Below, in pieces: positions 38,584-42,948 of a stretch of DNA of 42,948 nucleotides. The stretch lies in the NCBI GenBank assembly GCA_944373135.1, contig CALWAM010000001.1, positions 1 to 42,948 of the forward strand. Direction: 5' to 3'. The notes beneath the pieces were generated by a model. It saw nothing but the letters and a program-made list of their open reading frames with translations. It did not search any database and was not told the origin of the DNA. Position numbers and translations under genes: made by a program. Numbering within the stretch: position 1 is the stretch's first letter; every line of letters begins with the position of its first letter. This stretch comes from an uncultured Bacilli bacterium (GTDB lineage Bacteria > Bacillota_I > Bacilli_A > RF39 > UBA660).

Positions 38584-40059
38584 CTATGGTGGAGCTGTTG
38601 CACCTTCAAGTGAACTTAATACCAAATTCTTGTCTGGAAGCTTGATATTACTAGCATCTTGAGTTTTATAATTTATAACCATTTTATCATCATATAAGTA
38701 AATTTTGTAAATAAATGTATCAATTAGTAATCTTTTATACTTTTTAGTATTAATGTTTCCTTTTTTTAATTCTGTCAAATAAAATCTTACTTCAGAAGCA
38801 GTTATAGGCATATTATTTGCTTCTTCATATTCTAATTGTGCTTTTAATCCTTTTTGTTGTTCCTGCGTTTTTTCTAATTCAGTTAGCAATAAATTTCTAA
38901 CACTATCACTTGTAGCTTGTCTAACAGCAGTTAATAAACTTTCAATTTCTTTTTCACATTTCTTCAAAGATTTTTGAAGTTTTTTTATTTCTGACAAATC
39001 TTTATCTTTTTCTATAAATTCTATAACTTTATCAGCTATTATTCTAATATTTTCTTTAGTAAGCATTTTTCTTGTTTGATTAACAACTAATTCTTCAATA
39101 TATTCTCTATCAACTTTTTCTTTAGTGCAAGTCTTTAAACTACCTTTAGAATTAGCACATTTATAATAATGATATTTATGTTTTGCTACAACACCTGTCA
39201 TTTTAGCACCACATAAACCACAATATAATTTATCTGTTAATAAGTAATCGCTTTTTCTACTATGTGAAATATGCTTTTTCTTAACTAAATCTTGAACTTC
39301 TTCAAATAATTTTCTATCAATTATTGCTGGAATTCTAACTGGCATTTCTTCTCCTTTAAACATATATATCCCGATATACTTCGGATTAGTAACAATTCTT
39401 CTAATACTATTTTTATTAAATTCATTTCCACGAGATGTTTTGATACCATGCATATTTAAGTATCTAACAATTTCTGCCATAGAATTATTTTCATGATACA
39501 TCTCAAATATCTTTTTTACATGAGTAGCAAGTTCTTCATCTATTATTATCTCTTTATTAGAATTTGATTTATAACCTAATGGTAAAGACAGACCACCTAT
39601 TGTTAATCCTTTCTTAGCATTTGTTTTTAATCCATCTCTAATATTTTTTGCTGTATTTTTGGAATAATATTCATTAACACCTCTCATTATATTTCTCATT
39701 AAAGAAGCTGTAGGGTCGTCATCTGCTCCATTAACATTTTCTGTAGCAGATAAAACATCAACACCATTTTTACTAAGTATCATTTCATTCATAACACTTT
39801 CATAACTATTACGAGCAAATCTTGAAAGATTATAAACTATCACATGACTAAATCCTTTATTGCTACTATCAGATAACATCTGTTGAAATGCTTCTCTATT
39901 ATCGTTAGTTCCCGATTTTGCTTTATCCTCATATACTTGAACTATTTTTAAATTATTCTTTTTGGCATAACTTTTACATATTTCAACTTGGGTTTCTATT
40001 GATTGTTCATTTTGACTATGAGAACTATATCTTGCATAAATAACAGAATTAGATTTCAT
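38584..40059 (-). CDS. Large serine recombinase (integrase type)
   Basis: Resolvase catalytic N-domain (VIYARYSSHSQ...SIETQ), a recombinase domain, a Cys zinc ribbon (CGLCGAKM...YYKCANS...C) and a coiled-coil C-terminus. Start set at the ATG at 40059 (GGTGA RBS), which overlaps the XRE stop. Confidence 0.9.
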   Translation of the reverse strand: MKSNSVIYARYSSHSQNEQSIETQVEICKSYAKKNNLKIVQVYEDKAKSGTNDNREAFQQMLSDSSNKGFSHVIVYNLSRFARNSYESVMNEMILSKNGVDVLSATENVNGADDDPTASLMRNIMRGVNEYYSKNTAKNIRDGLKTNAKKGLTIGGLSLPLGYKSNSNKEIIIDEELATHVKKIFEMYHENNSMAEIVRYLNMHGIKTSRGNEFNKNSIRRIVTNPKYIGIYMFKGEEMPVRIPAIIDRKLFEEVQDLVKKKHISHSRKSDYLLTDKLYCGLCGAKMTGVVAKHKYHYYKCANSKGSLKTCTKEKVDREYIEELVVNQTRKMLTKENIRIIADKVIEFIEKDKDLSEIKKLQKSLKKCEKEIESLLTAVRQATSDSVRNLLLTELEKTQEQQKGLKAQLEYEEANNMPITASEVRFYLTELKKGNINTKKYKRLLIDTFIYKIYLYDDKMVINYKTQDASNIKLPDKNLVLSSLEGATAPP

Positions 40060-40714
40060 TTTTATCACCATACTTTTTAAATTTGTCTGCTAATTCTTTT
40101 GTTTCTGTAGATATTTTATACAGACAAGTATATTCTCTTTCTTTAGGATAAAACTCCATAGAAAAATCATCACTATTTTTGATTTTCATGCCTCTTGAAC
40201 GAGCATATTTTATATATTCATTTGTAATTTCATTAGTTTTTACTTTTAAATTAAAATAATCAAAGAATGAATGTAGTAATGTCACAAAGTCAGTTGATAA
40301 CTTTGGTTCTAATAACTTATTCAATACAAAAATAAATGTTTTATCACTTTTTTTTAGGTTTTCTAATGTGTTCAAAGCACCATCTGAAAGACCTGTTAAT
40401 TCTTTTATTTCATCATACTCTGGTTTATAACTATTTGCTCCAAGATAAATATAATCTAATGAAACTCCAAAAATATCTGACATTGCAATTGCATTTTTAA
40501 CTGAAAGAGTCCCACCACATTCAGCTGTACTAATAGTTTGTTTACCATTATCTCCTTTTTTAGGTTTAGCTCCATAAAACTCTTTAATTTTATTATAAAG
40601 TTCTATTTGCGTTAAATTCTTTTCTTCTCTAAGTTTAGTTAATCTATTTCCTCTTTCATGGTTTAATGATTTATACTTTTTTGTTTGATTATTTTCATCT
40701 TCATTATTACTCAT
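40049..40714 (-). CDS. XRE-family HTH repressor-like protein with a C-terminal extension of about 120 aa
   Basis: LTKLREEKNLTQIELYNKI...AIAMSDIFGVSLDYIYLG is a split XRE HTH. It is translationally coupled to the recombinase. AGAGGTG RBS. Confidence 0.75.
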   Translation of the reverse strand: MSNNEDENNQTKKYKSLNHERGNRLTKLREEKNLTQIELYNKIKEFYGAKPKKGDNGKQTISTAECGGTLSVKNAIAMSDIFGVSLDYIYLGANSYKPEYDEIKELTGLSDGALNTLENLKKSDKTFIFVLNKLLEPKLSTDFVTLLHSFFDYFNLKVKTNEITNEYIKYARSRGMKIKNSDDFSMEFYPKEREYTCLYKISTETKELADKFKKYGDKNEI

Positions 40715-40742
40715 AACACACCTCTTCTCATTGAGTAAATAA

Positions 40743-40771
40743 ATTATACCACTAAACTAAATAAAAGTCAC
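40743..40771 (-). promoter_or_regulatory. Candidate leftward promoter for the XRE-recombinase operon
   Basis: On the minus strand: GTGACT, 17 nt, then TGgTATAAT (extended -10). The ACTAC-ttgag-GTAGT palindrome (40770-40784) overlaps the -35. Confidence 0.4.
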
Positions 40772-40912
40772 TACTTGAGGTAGTTTATTTTTACTTTATT
40801 TAATGCTAGTATAAACTTGTCAAACGAAATTGGGCCTAATTCGTTGTAAAAAGGATGTGATAAATAAGACATATTTCATTACTAGTAAAACTATTTAGAA
40901 AGGAGATGCTCA

Positions 40913-41053
40913 ATGATACTTAGTGATGAGCAAATTAAACAAATAGCTAATAGTATTGTTTTTGATGTTCATCAATATATTGTTGAGCATCAAGAAGAAT
41001 TTGAAAAGTTTATTTTAGAGGAAAGGATTGATGATGATGGAAATAAACAATAA
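40913..41053 (+). CDS. 46-aa acidic ORF (not in the supplied track), first gene of the rightward transcript
   Basis: AAAGGAGA RBS 6 nt before the ATG. Translation is MILSDEQIKQIANSIVFDVHQYIVEHQEEFEKFILEERIDDDGNKQ. It overlaps the helicase start out of frame. Confidence 0.35.
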   Translation: MILSDEQIKQIANSIVFDVHQYIVEHQEEFEKFILEERIDDDGNKQ

Positions 41054-42326
41054 TGGTTTTAATTTACAAAATCTAGATGAAGTATCTATAAACTTAAATA
41101 AGAGGAAAGCGCTATACTTAGGTTTTAAATCCGAGTATATTGATTATGATGAAAGCATTCTTACTACTGATTCTGAAGAATTAAGAAAAGTAAACGCTTT
41201 CTTTTCTGGAATATCTGGAGGAAATCGAGGAATCGAAGTACTTCTTTATGAGTGGTTGGGGTATACAGCTACAAGGTTACGTCTTGGGAAAGCCATCATT
41301 TTTTGGGGTTCAGGCAGAAATGGAAAATCAACTCTGTGCAGAATCCAAGAGGCTTTGCTAAGAGATAATGCTGTATCTCATGAAAATTTAGAAGCACTTT
41401 CTGGGAGCAAAGCTGGTGGCAAGTCTACCGTTAAAAGATTAGAACATTGCTATGTTAATATCTCGGAGGACCAGAGGAACCTAAAATACTGTAATACCTC
41501 ACTTCTTTGTCGATTGATTTCAGGAGAGCCTATATCGGTAGGAAAAAAAGCAGATGAACGTTATGATATTAGACCCTTTGTTAAATTGGTTCTAACAGTA
41601 AACGAAGTTGTCGATTTGCACTCCAGCGAATTATACATGAAGGACCGATTTATGATAATTCCGTTTCGTTCAGTATTTACGGATGAAAATCCACATAAAC
41701 GCGTTGATATGGAGAATTTATTACGCCAACCTAAAATATTAAAAATAATCGTTGCAAAATCTATACAAGCATTTGATAATGTAATACAAAATGGGAAATT
41801 CACTATCCCAGCAAGTGTGAAAGAAGCGACTAGGAATTATTTTCTAGAATTTAATAATGTTGAGGAATTTTGTCTTCAGTACCCACTGAGCAAGTTTATC
41901 TCAATATCAAGATTATATGAAGAATATTGTAGCTGGTGTAATAGTTGTAATCAAGAGGCTGTAGCAAATGGAATATTTGGAAAGAAAATACAAGCCCTAG
42001 GGTTTAGAAAAGAACGATATTCCTTTGGAGGAATAAGAGACAATTATTATGTGGCTCCTAGTTTCGATAATTCGCAAAGCAGAGGTATATATGAAGAATA
42101 CATAAAAACCCTTAAGATAAGTAAAGACGACGCCGAAGCATACAATAAAACAGGAATTCCAAAAGTATTTAATATAGAAATATTTAATGACTATCTATGG
42201 GACTTTATACTTGAAGAAATTGATACGCAAGAAGCTAATAATATCCAAGTAGGTAATAATATTCAAACAACTAATGATTCAAAAGTTGAAAATAATATTC
42301 AAGAAACTAAATCTAGCAATAAATAG
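41031..42326 (+). CDS. P4/D5-family SF3 helicase (phage/plasmid primase C-terminal domain type), without a recognisable primase domain
   Basis: FWGSGRNGKSTL Walker A, ISED Walker B-like, and LISGEPISVGKK...KLVLTVNE...DRFMIIPF, matching the P4-family C-terminal pattern. GAAAGGA RBS. Higher GC than its neighbours. Confidence 0.8.
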   Translation: MMMEINNNGFNLQNLDEVSINLNKRKALYLGFKSEYIDYDESILTTDSEELRKVNAFFSGISGGNRGIEVLLYEWLGYTATRLRLGKAIIFWGSGRNGKSTLCRIQEALLRDNAVSHENLEALSGSKAGGKSTVKRLEHCYVNISEDQRNLKYCNTSLLCRLISGEPISVGKKADERYDIRPFVKLVLTVNEVVDLHSSELYMKDRFMIIPFRSVFTDENPHKRVDMENLLRQPKILKIIVAKSIQAFDNVIQNGKFTIPASVKEATRNYFLEFNNVEEFCLQYPLSKFISISRLYEEYCSWCNSCNQEAVANGIFGKKIQALGFRKERYSFGGIRDNYYVAPSFDNSQSRGIYEEYIKTLKISKDDAEAYNKTGIPKVFNIEIFNDYLWDFILEEIDTQEANNIQVGNNIQTTNDSKVENNIQETKSSNK

Positions 42327-42332
42327 TATAAT

Positions 42333-42370
42333 GCTCTGTGAGCCTCTAAGGAAGCTCTACAGAGCTTTTA
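42333..42370 (+). terminator. Terminator-like hairpin after the helicase gene
   Basis: GCTCTGTGAGC...GCTCTACAGAGC (one bulge) followed by TTTTATT. Confidence 0.45.
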
Positions 42371-42505
42371 TTATATACGGCGATAAAATTTTTGTAAAAT
42401 AAGATATGCCTCTGTAATGCTCTAGGAGCCTCTAGGAGAGGTCATATAATAGATAAGTTCTAAGATATACTTAGAAATTAAATGATACTTAGCGCTTACT
42501 AATCA

Positions 42506-42584
42506 TGGAATTTATCTATGGCAACTATGCCACTATATCATATGTCAATTTGGAATATTGCTATGGCAACTATGCCATTTATCA
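42506..42584. repeat. Two direct repeats (iterons) of about 35 bp with a 45-bp period
   Basis: The 17-nt core CTATGGCAACTATGCCA is identical at 42516-42532 and 42561-42577. Each core contains the palindrome TGGCA-acta-TGCCA. The flanks TGGAAT...TATCA are also conserved. Confidence 0.7.
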
Positions 42585-42635
42585 AACATTCAATAATATA
42601 AATATCTTTAATTATAATTTTTATAATATGCATTC

Positions 42636-42671
42636 AACTATAAGAAAACTATAGTTATAAATACTATAGTT
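42636..42671. repeat. Cluster of ACTATA(GTT) repeats, including a perfect 10-bp palindrome
   Basis: AACTATAag, AACTATAGTT (palindrome, 42647-42656) and ACTATAGTT (42663-42671). Confidence 0.5.
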
Positions 42672-42948
42672 GTTCTTACAAATATAATCGTTTTTTAATA
42701 TTTAATTCTGGTGTTTCTCTTTTCTTATTTTTAATCGTATTCATATTCTTGTTAATATTATCGTTTCTTTTAGTATTAGTTCTTAGTTTTTAATTAGTGA
42801 TTATATGATTAGAATTGTTTAATTCGTAGTTAAGAGAAATTTTAGTCCCACATACTATAAATTTCACTTTTAGATTTTTAGCATCTACATTGTTGAATAA
42901 CTACGGCTAGATAAATTAACGGTCTGAGTTCCATTGTGTTACCACAAG

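Larger units (their letters stand above)
38372..42948. mobile_element. Left portion of an integrated element (prophage, satellite or PICI-like island), truncated by the window end
   Basis: Large serine recombinase at the edge, an XRE repressor, a divergent small ORF plus SF3 helicase, and an iteron-bearing ORF-free region. The helicase gene has a GC shift. The left limit is bounded by the promoter of the 136-aa gene and the recombinase terminator. The exact att site was not identified. Confidence 0.6.

Noticed and set aside
1-42948. CRISPR arrays, tRNA/rRNA genes, transposase or IS elements, reverse transcriptases, restriction-modification or toxin-antitoxin pairs
   Set aside because: I saw no regularly spaced direct repeats, no cloverleaf-like GC-rich segments in the intergenic DNA, and none of the corresponding protein motifs in the translations. 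This was inspection by eye, so small RNAs could have been missed.

Overview
This is a 42.9-kb AT-rich chromosomal segment, roughly 13-40% GC by hand counts on sample lines. It uses the standard genetic code (TGA is a stop). Its regulatory grammar is Bacillota-like: a T-box leader, a Cheo/LexA box, strong GGAGG-type RBSs and extended -10 promoters. Most of the window is housekeeping: pyk, typA, lysS, gltX-cysS, uvrB, a CBS-type family II pyrophosphatase, uvrA, lgt-trxB, T-box-controlled pheST, a two-gene SufC/SufB-like Fe-S module, an SDR, a Zn-metallopeptidase and a YfcC-like carrier. Less ordinary items sit between these genes. They include a very AT-rich ABC half-transporter pair with degenerate ATPase motifs, a ClpC-like ATPase whose second AAA+ module is gutted, two secreted or anchored proteins with similar TasA/SipW-like N-termini, a radical SAM/SPASM gene fused into an apparently LexA-controlled operon with uvrA, and four orphan ORFs. 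From about 38.4 kb to the window end lies the left edge of an integrated mobile element. It carries a large serine recombinase translationally coupled to an XRE repressor. These two genes diverge from a 46-aa ORF and a P4/D5-type SF3 helicase, followed by about 620 bp of ORF-free DNA with 45-bp-spaced iterons. That is a lysogeny/replication layout like that of phage-inducible chromosomal islands (PICIs), but the element is cut by the window edge. I saw no rRNA, tRNA or CRISPR array. No similarity search was possible, so every family call comes from motif recognition in the supplied translations.
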